Source: a virus
Taxonomy: Duplodnaviria > Caudoviricetes
IMG/VR virus record: IMGVR_UViG_3300031519_000025
Location: 1 to 57,963 of that record
DNA: 57,963 bases
Reading direction: 5' to 3' (one strand)
The notes under the pieces were generated by a model. That model worked only from the letters and a program-made list of their open reading frames with translations, searched no databases and was not told the DNA's origin. Of the stretch, positions 44,663 to 53,792 are shown one piece after another (the first letter of the stretch is position 1; the number at the start of each line of letters is the position of its first letter). The translations under genes and the position numbers were made by a program.

Positions 44663-46873
44663 TTATATTATTTTTGAAGTAGCTCCCTCGTTATTGTATT
44701 TTTTAAATCCTAAAGTGTACACTTTTTTTTGCGTTGCCGCTCGGGGTGTATACCTGTGCTTATTGCAAGCCATTAAGGCTAGCCCTGAGCTTATAGATGC
44801 ATCATGCTTTGTTCTATTGTTTATATCAAACTTAGCCCAATCTTGTAATGTTCTTTGTAAATAAACATCTCCATACCCGTCTACTTTTTCGCCAACAAAA
44901 TCCTCTATGTATGTTTCAATAGCGGATGCATGAGCTTGTTTTATATCCTCGCTTGAATTAGGTATTCCACCTACTTCTCTTTCTGCTATTGATAACTTAT
45001 TGTAGGTTCTATCGGGTCTATTAATACTAAAACCCCTGTATCCCCTTCTTTTTATATAATAAAGTAATCTTGGTTTATTGTTCTCCGCAAGTATAGGCAT
45101 GCCGTAAAACACCATAGCCATTAATACATCTTCAAAAAACATTTCAGCTGTTGCTGGTCTTGCGATATACTCTAAAAAGAAATGATTAGGAGGTACGTCC
45201 TCCATTGAAAATTTAGTTAATCCATGTAAAGCTCCGTTAGAGCCGCCGCCGCCAACGACACCACTAATATCGTAACTGTCACAACCAAAGGCACCCATGT
45301 GCTCATTTCCTGGATATTTAATACCATTTTTTATCGTTATATTGTTTTGTTGCTCTTGATTAGGTACCCAAGTAATATAAAATCTACCGTCTTTATTAGG
45401 GTAAAATATTACCTCAGTATCTTTAATGCCATTTTTCCATTGAAAGTTACCTTGTGTAACCATTGTATTATTCCTTAACTCTTCGTTGTAATCTATCTGC
45501 TGATATATTTTTGTTAAGTTAAATATGGATTGTTTTGATTCATCTCTGAATGCGTGTTGCTCTGTTCTTGGAAATTGACGATAATATTCGTTCAGTGCAT
45601 CTGGATCATCTTTTAATCCCTCTACTTCGTTTTCCCAATGATTAATAACCCCCTCTTCAATAGAAGTTCCATGAGGGCCTTCCGTTTCTTTTTTAGGTGT
45701 TTCAAATACCGGCCAACCATATTCGTCAATAAACCCTTCGTAATTCCATTCCATTGGAATAAACAGTTTATACAAGCCACTTCTTGTTTGGCCATTTTTG
45801 TTCCTATTTTTTACGTCAGAACTATCGTATAGTTTTTTGAAGTTTTTACCCCCTTTATCTAATGCGTTTGATGTTGATCCCATCATGCACTTTCCAATAA
45901 CCCGGCTACCTAATCTTAAGCAGGTCTTTGTAACCCGCCAATTGTTAAGTATATTTGTGGGTCTCTCCCATTTACCGCTTTCGTCATGTACTAGTAACTT
46001 TAGTTTTTCCCCATCGTACGAGTTGTCGCCTGTATTTTTCCAGTCGACCGTGGTGTCAAGCCCTGCGATTTCTTCTGGTACCGCGTTGGCGTCAAGTTTC
46101 CTTCTTGTGAATTTTGAGGCGGGAACCCTGTATGCGAGTTCTGTTTTTGGACGGTCCATCCCATCCTGGATTGGTTTAAAGAAGAATGGATAGTTAACCG
46201 ATATTGGTACAACTTTGTCTGTAAACATCTTCTTTGCATCGGGTCCAGATTTGGACAGTATACCAAATCGAGCATCCGAAGATATTGTTGCTTGGTTAAC
46301 GGTTTCGCCGGAAGCCATGAAAGAAAATCCTGATCTCCTGTTTTTAAGGTAGCACATGCCGTAGCTTCTGTTGTCTGCTTTGCAAGCTTCCCAGAATAGA
46401 TAGAATAGTCTGTTTGATTCCCGAAAGTCTGGTTGCCCAACGTCAATCTTGGACCACTGCAAGTACATGTAATGAGTACCAGTAATGTAAGTAGGCTTAT
46501 CCTGGTTATAAAACCAAAAGCCTTCTTCACGCCTATTAAACTCCTCGTCAATATACCCATACCATTTTTCTTTAAAAGCATCAGGGTATTTAATCCAATC
46601 CGCTTCGCTTTTTATTTTACTTAATTCCCCTGGATACTTAGCGGCTTTCCACTTGTTTATCCCTTTATTAGGTTTGTCTTGCAATAGAGGTAAAGCAATA
46701 TGCACCCCGCTTATTAAGTATATATCACCTATTTTGCCGGTCTTACTTATAACAACAACATCATGTTCTTTGTCATAACCATACTCCCATTTTGCATAAC
46801 GATTTTTTTTCTTAATTGCTTGGGGTTTAATATAGTCCTTGACTATACTATATAATTCTTGCTTATAAGCCAT
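44663..46873 (-). CDS. Terminase large subunit
   Basis: Walker A-like KNRRSGFS, Walker B LLVHDESGKW, MGST, nuclease GCDSYD...HDA. Confidence 0.85.
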   Translation of the reverse strand: MAYKQELYSIVKDYIKPQAIKKKNRYAKWEYGYDKEHDVVVISKTGKIGDIYLISGVHIALPLLQDKPNKGINKWKAAKYPGELSKIKSEADWIKYPDAFKEKWYGYIDEEFNRREEGFWFYNQDKPTYITGTHYMYLQWSKIDVGQPDFRESNRLFYLFWEACKADNRSYGMCYLKNRRSGFSFMASGETVNQATISSDARFGILSKSGPDAKKMFTDKVVPISVNYPFFFKPIQDGMDRPKTELAYRVPASKFTRRKLDANAVPEEIAGLDTTVDWKNTGDNSYDGEKLKLLVHDESGKWERPTNILNNWRVTKTCLRLGSRVIGKCMMGSTSNALDKGGKNFKKLYDSSDVKNRNKNGQTRSGLYKLFIPMEWNYEGFIDEYGWPVFETPKKETEGPHGTSIEEGVINHWENEVEGLKDDPDALNEYYRQFPRTEQHAFRDESKQSIFNLTKIYQQIDYNEELRNNTMVTQGNFQWKNGIKDTEVIFYPNKDGRFYITWVPNQEQQNNITIKNGIKYPGNEHMGAFGCDSYDISGVVGGGGSNGALHGLTKFSMEDVPPNHFFLEYIARPATAEMFFEDVLMAMVFYGMPILAENNKPRLLYYIKRRGYRGFSINRPDRTYNKLSIAEREVGGIPNSSEDIKQAHASAIETYIEDFVGEKVDGYGDVYLQRTLQDWAKFDINNRTKHDASISSGLALMACNKHRYTPRAATQKKVYTLGFKKYNNEGATSKII

Positions 46874-47145
46874 TATTTAGATCTCCCCTCTGCAAAGCCT
46901 TTAAATGCAGGTTTATCAGAAGTTCCAGTTGCCTTAGCAATCATGTTTTCTTCTTCCTGTATTCTGTTTAGTATTTCAAAAGCATCTAATATACAAAGTT
47001 TTTTAGTAGCGGCAGCATTTTTAAGTCTGTCAGCTGATATATCTTCATCTGAGTCAACGATCTTTTCCTCTGCTACCTTTACTAATTCTTTAATTGCTTT
47101 GTGCCCAGCGGCTATTATACTCCTCTTCGTTTCTATCGAGTTCAT
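46873..47145 (-). CDS. Putative terminase small subunit
   Basis: 90 aa helical protein directly upstream of TerL. Confidence 0.5.
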   Translation of the reverse strand: MNSIETKRSIIAAGHKAIKELVKVAEEKIVDSDEDISADRLKNAAATKKLCILDAFEILNRIQEEENMIAKATGTSDKPAFKGFAEGRSK

Positions 47146-47695
47146 ACTTTATAACAATATCATTTGATTTCATACAATACATAATCTGGTCATCTATAAT
47201 AAATTCCCATTCGCTGTTCGGCGTAAACCCTATTATGTCCCCTGTGTTAATTCCGGAGCTCTTTAAGGAACTATTACCTATTTTTAGTATACCAATAAGA
47301 TCAGTGGTTTTTTGACTGCTTAAAATGTCTTTATTTTTAACAGGAGCAACAAAGCACCTGTCTCCAAAGGATTTCCATAAGTCTTTCCTTTTATATAAAT
47401 AAATTTGATCTACTGCACAAAAAAACAAATCGTCTTTTAAAAAGGATCTGCTGTTCTTTTTGATTCCTTTCATATCGTAAAACACCCTAAACACATTATG
47501 GTGCACAATAATTAAATCCCCTTTTTTTATTGACGTCGCAAATGCAACAGGAGTTTCAATTACTTCAGCAACGTTATTGACATGCTTAAAGCTTTCTATA
47601 GAGCTATTTGTTATAAGGGTACGCTCCCCAACCTTGATCTCGTTATCATATCTTTTGCCTACCGGCTTTATGATAAAGTCATACACGCTCCGCAT
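47090..47695 (-). CDS. GroES-like (tandem) co-chaperonin-fold protein
   Basis: FIIKP...A.V...P.....IKKGD.IIVHH then CFVAP...G....GD.IGF...EF.ID....Y.M...DI. Confidence 0.5.
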   Translation of the reverse strand: MRSVYDFIIKPVGKRYDNEIKVGERTLITNSSIESFKHVNNVAEVIETPVAFATSIKKGDLIIVHHNVFRVFYDMKGIKKNSRSFLKDDLFFCAVDQIYLYKRKDLWKSFGDRCFVAPVKNKDILSSQKTTDLIGILKIGNSSLKSSGINTGDIIGFTPNSEWEFIIDDQIMYCMKSNDIVIKYELDRNEEEYNSRWAQSN

Positions 47696-47922
47696 TAATA
47701 CTCTAAGTCATATTCAACGGATATTGCCATGTTAGAATTAAATTTCTTCCATGGCATTACCTCGTCTACTTTCTTAATAAATATGTTATAAGAATTATCA
47801 GACTTTTCAAATATTATATGAGAAATTTCGTGGCCGCCGTAAACTGTCTGTTTAACAGAGTAGTGCATTGCTTCGTTTTTATAGTCAGCCCCGATACTAA
47901 TTTTTCTTATAACACTTTCCAT
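47695..47922 (-). CDS. Conserved hypothetical protein
   Basis: IRKISIG.DYK..AMHY.V...WK.FN.NM.ISVEY. Confidence 0.7.
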   Translation of the reverse strand: MESVIRKISIGADYKNEAMHYSVKQTVYGGHEISHIIFEKSDNSYNIFIKKVDEVMPWKKFNSNMAISVEYDLEY

Positions 47923-47925
47923 AAC

Positions 47926-48183
47926 TTACTCTTTAATTTCCTCGTAAGTTCCGTCAGAAAGATTAATATTAACTGGACCATAATTAGCTTCAATGTCCTT
48001 TTTTACCTCCCCCATTTCTTTTTCAAGCATGTTTACCTGAAAAATAGCTTTGGCTTTTTGTACCTCTAATACACCAATGTTAGCTAAATAAGATTGCAAC
48101 TCCGTTTGCAGCTCTGTTACTTTCTTTAACTCGTCTTTAGTGATTGCCTTTGGAGTTACCTCCATCTTTTTTACTTTACTCAT
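47926..48183 (-). CDS. Coiled-coil hypothetical protein
   Basis: 85 aa, ends YG.VNINL.DGTY. Confidence 0.7.
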   Translation of the reverse strand: MSKVKKMEVTPKAITKDELKKVTELQTELQSYLANIGVLEVQKAKAIFQVNMLEKEMGEVKKDIEANYGPVNINLSDGTYEEIKE

Positions 48184-48215
48184 TTTGATTTAATTTAATT
48201 GTTAATTATTAATTT

Positions 48216-48725
48216 TTATTTTTTGACAACGCTTTTGATAGGCGATGCTTCAAACTCTCCCCCTCCTTTAATAGGCGCCACTACAACTGGCTCTTTAGGG
48301 TTGACTATAATAGGTCCCTCCGGATCTGTTGGCCCTACAGGACGGGTTCCAACTAGCTGTGATATTATAGCTTTGTCTAATTCTTCCTGATTCTTATACT
48401 TGCCCTTCTCAAGAGCCTGTGAAAACTTGTCATAAAACATTTTTTCTTGAAGCTCATCTTTAAACTTATACCCTTTAGGTAAGTTAATTTGAAGTCTCAC
48501 CGGTGCTGGTGCTGGTGCTGGTGCTGGTGCTACTACAGCGGCTTTCTTTTTTGCTTTAATGGATTTAGATCTAGAACTAGAAGATCTGTCCGCCACTAGT
48601 GCTACATTTTTTTCTGCTTGAAATCTAGGTGGGCAAGGGGGTTGTCCGTCTCCTCCGCAGCCTCCGCCCATTATTGAATTATTCGCGGGATTACCTTTAA
48701 TTCCTGGGGTCATTTTAAATGCCAT
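48216..48725 (-). CDS. Hypothetical (possible virion cargo) protein
   Basis: MAFKM start, (AP)n linker, SPIK near C-terminus. Confidence 0.6.
   Translation of the reverse strand: MAFKMTPGIKGNPANNSIMGGGCGGDGQPPCPPRFQAEKNVALVADRSSSSRSKSIKAKKKAAVVAPAPAPAPAPVRLQINLPKGYKFKDELQEKMFYDKFSQALEKGKYKNQEELDKAIISQLVGTRPVGPTDPEGPIIVNPKEPVVVAPIKGGGEFEASPIKSVVKK
48502..48531. repeat. (GGTGCT)5 tandem repeat encoding Ala-Pro linker
   Basis: GGTGCTGGTGCTGGTGCTGGTGCTGGTGCT. Confidence 0.8.
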
Positions 48726-48750
48726 AATTATTTTTTTTATTAGTTAGTTT

Positions 48751-49710
48751 TTAATCTTCGTCACCGCTTGTTATGTTAAAGCCGGTATTATTCATAAATG
48801 TTCTGTTTTTAAATTTTTTTCCTGCAACATAAGCGCTTGTAGTCCTCCTGCCACCAAGGCCACCTAAGCTATCTTGATCAACAAAGTTTCGAAGATCCTC
48901 CGGGCCCATGCGCCTAGTTACATTTATATATCTTTCTCTTCCATCCAGCTGCGGAGTGTTTGTGCTTGTCCTATTCGCATTTCCTGAGTAAAAACCAGTT
49001 GCAGCATTTCTGCTTGAGAGAGTTGTGGTTGGCCTGGCGGAATTTGAAATTTCTCCTAGTATATCCCCAGTTAAAACATTTTGGGCTTCCTTTATTAAGG
49101 GCAAGCCAGTGTCCCCTCCCCCTGTAACTCGGGTCATGTAATTTTGTCTCCCACTTCCAGTAGCAGTTGACGTGCCAGGTATCATAGGGTTAGTGTTTTG
49201 GCGATTTACCGAGTTTGCTACCTGAGTTCGAGCTTCAGAGTTTGAGTAATATTGAGGTTTCATATTATCCATAGAAATATTACCATTTCCTTGTGTTATA
49301 ACAGTCGGCTTGCCTCCTAGGGAGTTTTGAAACGTATCCTCAATAACATCATACGTCTTTCCATCTGTGCTGTTTTTTGTGACAGTTGCGGTTGTTTGCG
49401 TTATATTAGGGTTGTTTGGAAGATAACTTGTATCAAGAAGATCCCCTTTTCCTGCTATTATTTGTCTTCTTAGCATATTCGATCTTTCCTCGTTAGAAAG
49501 CTCTGTTGCTGCAGGCTTAGTTCTTTTAACAATCCCCAGATCTACTGTAGGTAGCTCATTGGTAACTCCGCTACCAAAAGTTTCATCGGAATCAGATGCA
49601 ACGACTCCATTTGGTTCTGGGTCAGTTTCTGGGTCAGTGCCTCCATTAGTAAGGGCGGATATGTTTGCGTTTGTTAAATTGTTTCTGCCAAAATTTTGTT
49701 TATAAGCCAT
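48751..49710 (-). CDS. Hypothetical low-complexity (possible virion cargo) protein
   Basis: 319 aa, MAYKQ start, N/T/G-rich. Confidence 0.6.
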   Translation of the reverse strand: MAYKQNFGRNNLTNANISALTNGGTDPETDPEPNGVVASDSDETFGSGVTNELPTVDLGIVKRTKPAATELSNEERSNMLRRQIIAGKGDLLDTSYLPNNPNITQTTATVTKNSTDGKTYDVIEDTFQNSLGGKPTVITQGNGNISMDNMKPQYYSNSEARTQVANSVNRQNTNPMIPGTSTATGSGRQNYMTRVTGGGDTGLPLIKEAQNVLTGDILGEISNSARPTTTLSSRNAATGFYSGNANRTSTNTPQLDGRERYINVTRRMGPEDLRNFVDQDSLGGLGGRRTTSAYVAGKKFKNRTFMNNTGFNITSGDED

Positions 49711-49719
49711 GATTTTTTT

Positions 49720-50064
49720 TTAATATAATCGTTTTATTCCGTAAACTCCGGTAATATCACCGGTGTATTTACTAGAAATTGAATCTTTGTTTATTAATGT
49801 GTACTCTATTGTAACACGGTATCCATTATCTGGATTATATAATTCCGTGATAAATTTGTTTTTTTCTTTTACAACAACTTTTTCTGTTATAACGTTATAT
49901 TCCTTAAAAGAAGTGTTGTAGCATTGTAAAACCGAATATTCGGAAGCTAAAATTGTTTTTAAGTAATCCGTTCCTTCGCTTTGCCAGATTCCGTTAAACT
50001 GTTCTTGTGCTTTTGCTGTAAACGATGTTAGTGTAATAAATAATGCAATAATTAGATTTTTCAT
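49720..50064 (-). CDS. Secreted protein with Sec signal peptide
   Basis: MKNLIIALFITLTSFTAKA|QEQ, then F.G.W beta-barrel-like start. Confidence 0.7.
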   Translation of the reverse strand: MKNLIIALFITLTSFTAKAQEQFNGIWQSEGTDYLKTILASEYSVLQCYNTSFKEYNVITEKVVVKEKNKFITELYNPDNGYRVTIEYTLINKDSISSKYTGDITGVYGIKRLY

Positions 50065-50096
50065 AGTATTAGATTTAATTGTTATTATATTTATTA

Positions 50097-50125
50097 TATA
50101 ATTACACGAAATCTGGTAAAACTAC
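50097..50125 (-). promoter_or_regulatory. Class II promoter-like motif (head/packaging operon)
   Basis: Minus strand GTAG-N16-GTAATTATA. Confidence 0.75.
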
Positions 50126-50126
50126 T

Positions 50127-50531
50127 TCATTTATCTTTATTATTCATTATCTTGCGCCCTTTTTCCCAAGATCTACCCACAAAATATGCGCCGTAAACGG
50201 TAACTAGCAAGGTTTGAAAAATAGGTATGTACTCTGTTGCTATTTTAAATTCACCAATGTTCCCATCCGCAAATGCTAATAATGAAAATACAAATGTTAG
50301 GTATATTAATACCATTGGCCGAATATTTTTAGAAAGAAAGCTATCCGAACTCATGTCCGACTTCCATCTTGCTGTAACTTCCACTTGCGCGTTAGCCTCT
50401 GCTTTTTCAAGAATAACCTGCAATTGTTTTTTAATTTCAAGTTTTTCTTCCTTTGTGGTAGTCAAGCTGTCGATTACCTTACCTACTTCTTTTATAAGTC
50501 CTCCAGTCAACCATGAAATTATTTTGCTCAT
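50127..50531 (-). CDS. Holin (3TM gene-transfer-release type)
   Basis: ID.L.TT.EEK...RW..DM.SDS.LSKNIRP + TM...YF.GRS.EK. Confidence 0.75.
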   Translation of the reverse strand: MSKIISWLTGGLIKEVGKVIDSLTTTKEEKLEIKKQLQVILEKAEANAQVEVTARWKSDMSSDSFLSKNIRPMVLIYLTFVFSLLAFADGNIGEFKIATEYIPIFQTLLVTVYGAYFVGRSWEKGRKIMNNKDK

Positions 50532-50543
50532 ATTCTTTAGTTT

Positions 50544-50580
50544 AATAAAAACCCCGCAAATTTTACTCCGCAGGGTTATT
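50544..50580 (-). terminator. Intrinsic terminator
   Basis: Minus strand AACCCTGCGGA-GTAAAA-TTTGCGGGGTT followed by TTTATT. Confidence 0.6.
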
Positions 50581-50588
50581 AAAAATAA

Positions 50589-50867
50589 TTATGCTATTGC
50601 TATTGCACTTACAGTAATACCTACTGGTAGTTGTACTCTAGCTTTAACCCCGCCTGGGTTAGCCGTTAATGCTGCGTTAACTGCATCTCTTACTGAAGGA
50701 GCTGTGCCTGTAGTTAAGTGAGTAATTGTTGCTGCTTTGCTGTCGTAGTAAACTACAGTTGACGTTGCTGTTGCTGCTCTTACGCCGATAATTCCTTCTA
50801 CTCCTAATAATACGTCCCCACCTGCTAATCCAGCACCTGTAGACTTAATTGCGATAAATTTTGCCAT
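50589..50867 (-). CDS. Small Ala/Gly/Thr-rich protein, possible capsid decoration
   Basis: 92 aa; (AAACAW)n A-rich leader and own terminator suggest high expression. Confidence 0.55.
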   Translation of the reverse strand: MAKFIAIKSTGAGLAGGDVLLGVEGIIGVRAATATSTVVYYDSKAATITHLTTGTAPSVRDAVNAALTANPGGVKARVQLPVGITVSAIAIA

Positions 50868-50945
50868 TTTGTTTTTGTTTTTGTTTATGTTAATGTTTAT
50901 GTTTGGCTTAGGTTTATACAGTCCTATTCTGTTATTTATTTTTGT

Positions 50946-51446
50946 TTAGTATTTCTTTTTTCTGGCAGCGGTAGCGGCTTTAGTGCCTGCTCTGCCTACA
51001 GATTTACCTGCTGTACTTGCGGCGGCTGTCTTGCCTGGATTTTTATTTCCCATGCCTTTTTTTCTGGCTTTTTCTTTAACTGCTGCCGCTGCCTCTAGCT
51101 TAGCTTTTTTTGCTGCTGCTACTCTTTTACCGGATTCGGTTTTTCCAAGTTTGTTTACTTGCTTTGTTTTCTTTACATATTTTTTGAACTTTCTTGCTTC
51201 TTTTCTACTACCGCTTTTTGCGTTTACAACGTCCTTTCCAGCTTCTGCTTGCTTGGTTTCTTTGCGGGCTATCTTACGCTCAGTTCTAGCATCTACTCTT
51301 TTTTCCTTCTTATCTTCTCTTTCTACTTTTTTTACAGAGCGTTTTTTTAATCTTTCTGCTCTTTTAGGATTTCTTTTTTTTACCTCTTCTGCTTTTTTCG
51401 CTAATGCCGCTGCTTTTTTGTTTTTTGGTACAACTTTTACTCCCAT
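50946..51446 (-). CDS. Highly basic Lys/Ala-rich protein (histone H1-like composition)
   Basis: Start reassigned to MGVKVVPK (51446) because the upstream peptide stops at 51448. Confidence 0.65.
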   Translation of the reverse strand: MGVKVVPKNKKAAALAKKAEEVKKRNPKRAERLKKRSVKKVEREDKKEKRVDARTERKIARKETKQAEAGKDVVNAKSGSRKEARKFKKYVKKTKQVNKLGKTESGKRVAAAKKAKLEAAAAVKEKARKKGMGNKNPGKTAAASTAGKSVGRAGTKAATAARKKKY

Positions 51447-51447
51447 T

Positions 51448-51567
51448 TTATCTTTTTTTAGTTTTTTTAACTGGAACACAATTATTAACGGTTTTTCCGC
51501 CTTTCTTTTTTGTTCCTTGCTTTATATATCCTCTCCAACAAGGAGTTGTTTTCTTTTTAGCTTTCAT
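51448..51567 (-). CDS. Basic peptide with CWxGY...NCVP motif (39 aa)
   Basis: MKAKKKTTPCWRGYIKQGTKKKGGKTVNNCVPVKKTKKR*. Confidence 0.65.
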   Translation of the reverse strand: MKAKKKTTPCWRGYIKQGTKKKGGKTVNNCVPVKKTKKR

Positions 51568-51701
51568 CTTCTTCCTGGATTAGTTATTCTAAATACGGGC
51601 TTTGCATCCCACCCGTTTCTACCTTTAGATCCTTTAGTTCCTATCTGAGGCGTTTTCATGTATTTACTAAGACACCCGCAATTTGGTTTGTTTCTTTTCA
51701 T
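51564..51701 (-). CDS. Basic peptide (45 aa)
   Basis: MKRNKPNCGCLSKYMKTPQIGTKGSKGRNGWDAKPVFRITNPGRR*, ATGA-coupled. Confidence 0.55.
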   Translation of the reverse strand: MKRNKPNCGCLSKYMKTPQIGTKGSKGRNGWDAKPVFRITNPGRR

Positions 51702-51702
51702 A

Positions 51703-52023
51703 TTAGCAATTCCATTTTCTTCTTGCAGCTAATCCTCTTTCCGATTTCCAGCTTTTAGATCTTGCGCAAAATGCTTTACGTCTTTTAGCTGCTTTACTGC
51801 CTTTTTTAAGTTTTGACGGTGGTGTTGTAACAGCAGTTTTTAACTTACTGCCGGGATTATCTTTACGGTACTTTGCAACTCCTTTAGCGGTCATTCCTCC
51901 ACCTGCTTTTTTGCCTGTTCCACCTTTTTTGTTTACTTTCGCATAATTACCTTCTGATTTTTTACGCGACGGAGCTTTGCCTTTTTTCTTAGGCGCCGCT
52001 TTTTTCTTTTTTGCTACAGCCAT
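51703..52023 (-). CDS. Basic conserved phage protein (DUF6321-like)
   Basis: GGMT.KG...YR..NPGSKLKTAVT...RRK.FCAR...RRKW.C. Confidence 0.65.
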   Translation of the reverse strand: MAVAKKKKAAPKKKGKAPSRKKSEGNYAKVNKKGGTGKKAGGGMTAKGVAKYRKDNPGSKLKTAVTTPPSKLKKGSKAAKRRKAFCARSKSWKSERGLAARRKWNC

Positions 52024-52145
52024 TACTTTTTAGGTTTAGTATGAGTATAACCTTGCTTTTTTAAAGCATTATGCTGGGCCATTGTTTTAGCTACTTTTGT
52101 AGTTTTGCCTTTGTACATGTTATGTACTTTAAATGCTTTTGCCAT
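52023..52145 (-). CDS. Basic peptide (40 aa)
   Basis: MAKAFKVHNMYKGKTTKVAKTMAQHNALKKQGYTHTKPKK*. Confidence 0.6.
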   Translation of the reverse strand: MAKAFKVHNMYKGKTTKVAKTMAQHNALKKQGYTHTKPKK

Positions 52146-52148
52146 AAT

Positions 52149-52628
52149 TTATTCTTTAGTGTTATCTTTGTAGGTTATAGTAACTTGACCTCCATTTACT
52201 AAAACATCTGCTATTGGTGGGTAAATTCTTTTATACGCGTCAGTTGAAGAACCTATAAATCCCCTTTTTGTAACATTTTGTGTTTGTGAATCTCCTACTA
52301 AAAGACAGCCAGCGGAGTCGTCGTCGTCATTTCCTATATGGATTAGTATGTATTCAAATCCAGGGACATCTCTAACCCAAAGCATTCCTTTATTGAACTC
52401 TTCACCAAATTTATCATTATATTTTTGGTTAAGCCCACCTACTGTACGAAGAGTTACATTGTACTCTCCTGCAGGTATTCTAGTTTCACCTGGTATTTTT
52501 ACTTCACGAAACTCATCCTCTAAAGTAAAACATAAGAATTTACGTTCACAGGTAGTATCAAATAAAACCCCTAATGTGGAATCACTATCCGAGCTAAATC
52601 TCAAAACTTCTAATTTCATATCAAGCAT
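52149..52628 (-). CDS. DUF5675-family protein, candidate endolysin
   Basis: STLG.L......CFTLED......ET.IPAG.Y...VPGF.YILIH.GN...DS.GCLLVG (His/Cys dyad as in L,D-transpeptidase fold). Confidence 0.65.
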   Translation of the reverse strand: MLDMKLEVLRFSSDSDSTLGVLFDTTCERKFLCFTLEDEFREVKIPGETRIPAGEYNVTLRTVGGLNQKYNDKFGEEFNKGMLWVRDVPGFEYILIHIGNDDDDSAGCLLVGDSQTQNVTKRGFIGSSTDAYKRIYPPIADVLVNGGQVTITYKDNTKE

Positions 52629-52646
52629 AATTTATACAGCTCTATC

Positions 52647-52907
52647 TTATAAAAATTCTGTGTAACTTTGAAAGTATTGTCCTTTTTTAGCGCATTGGGT
52701 TATAGGCTTATATTCGTAAGGCGTAGGAAATTTTAGCACTTTCATTCCGTTGGGCCCCCTAGAGCTCCCTGCTACGTGAGGTCTTCCTTCTTGGCTTAAA
52801 GGCCCTCCCCATAACGCTGCCTCCCCTTGAGGAGAAGCTTGATTATGTGGATGTTCGTGTGCATGCAATTTCATAGGCTGATGTGCTCCTTCTTTTGTGT
52901 TGTTCAT
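52647..52907 (-). CDS. Hypothetical protein
   Basis: 86 aa; WGGPL...GSS.G..GM...PITQ.AK. Confidence 0.6.
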   Translation of the reverse strand: MNNTKEGAHQPMKLHAHEHPHNQASPQGEAALWGGPLSQEGRPHVAGSSRGPNGMKVLKFPTPYEYKPITQCAKKGQYFQSYTEFL

Positions 52908-52929
52908 GGTTTTATATTTTAATGTTTTT

Positions 52930-53343
52930 TTAAACTAATCCTTGCATTGACTGTTGGCGCATAAACGCATTTCCTTGTATTTGGCCCACAGCATCTTGCT
53001 GGGGCGCGCGTGCTGCGTTATTGTAAGGATCCGGTGTAGCCGCTGCTGCTGCTGCCATTGTGCCTAGATCTCCAGAAGGTGTTTCAGCCGCTAGTTCAGG
53101 TGCTGCTGTTGCTGCTGTTGCTGCTGGCGCTACTGCAAATCCTCCTGCCCCTAGCCCAGTGCCCGCTAATTTTGATGCTGCAAAGCCTCCTGCTTGATTA
53201 TCCGCTGTTACGCTAGCAACTCCGCTTCTATTTCCGCCTCCTATTAGGCTTCTTTTTTTAGCCTCTTGCTGTGCTCTAATCATATCAAAACCCCTCTGCA
53301 TTTGGTCTTGCATCCCGGGTATCTGTCCAAACATGTTTATCAT
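52930..53343 (-). CDS. Ala/Gln/Gly-rich hypothetical protein
   Basis: 137 aa low complexity, in operon. Confidence 0.6.
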   Translation of the reverse strand: MINMFGQIPGMQDQMQRGFDMIRAQQEAKKRSLIGGGNRSGVASVTADNQAGGFAASKLAGTGLGAGGFAVAPAATAATAAPELAAETPSGDLGTMAAAAAATPDPYNNAARAPQQDAVGQIQGNAFMRQQSMQGLV

Positions 53344-53345
53344 AA

Positions 53346-53792
53346 TTATCTTGTTTTATCTTTATTAATTTTATCGAATGCAGCGGAATACACTTTCGCA
53401 CTGTATGTATCTTTTTTCATTAAGGGGTTGCGTCTAGTTGAAGTAGGTATATCCTCTTCTCCTAACATTATACGATACATCTGCTGTATCAAGCATTTGC
53501 ATCTAAAGCTAATCTTATATATACTATAGCTTTTGTCAGATCCGTTATAGCCTCGCCATTTAACGATCCAGCCTTCTTTAAGTAGCCTGTTCCATCTTCT
53601 GTTGTCCCAAGAGTATGTAAGGCTGCCGTCTTCAAAATCACGCTTCCTAAATTGATCTAAACAATCAAAGTAGATAAGTAGCTCTAGATCCGCATCGGTA
53701 ATACCATTTGTTTTAGTGGCCCATCTGCGTATCACCCTATAATGCTTTAACAGTCCGAGTTCTTTTAAATCACCTCCTGTTAACTTTCTCAT
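53346..53792 (-). CDS. Putative winged-helix DNA-binding protein
   Basis: DLELLIY.......F...DF.....W..RL.KEGWI..W......Y..S pattern; coupled to groES. Confidence 0.5.
   Translation of the reverse strand: MRKLTGGDLKELGLLKHYRVIRRWATKTNGITDADLELLIYFDCLDQFRKRDFEDGSLTYSWDNRRWNRLLKEGWIVKWRGYNGSDKSYSIYKISFRCKCLIQQMYRIMLGEEDIPTSTRRNPLMKKDTYSAKVYSAAFDKINKDKTR

Noticed and set aside
46000-46581. 193-aa same-strand overlapping ORF inside terminase (also 11037, 15721, 16117, 16576 inside primase/nrdA)
   Set aside because: Out-of-frame within highly conserved enzymes, with no motif or start signal; cannot be supported
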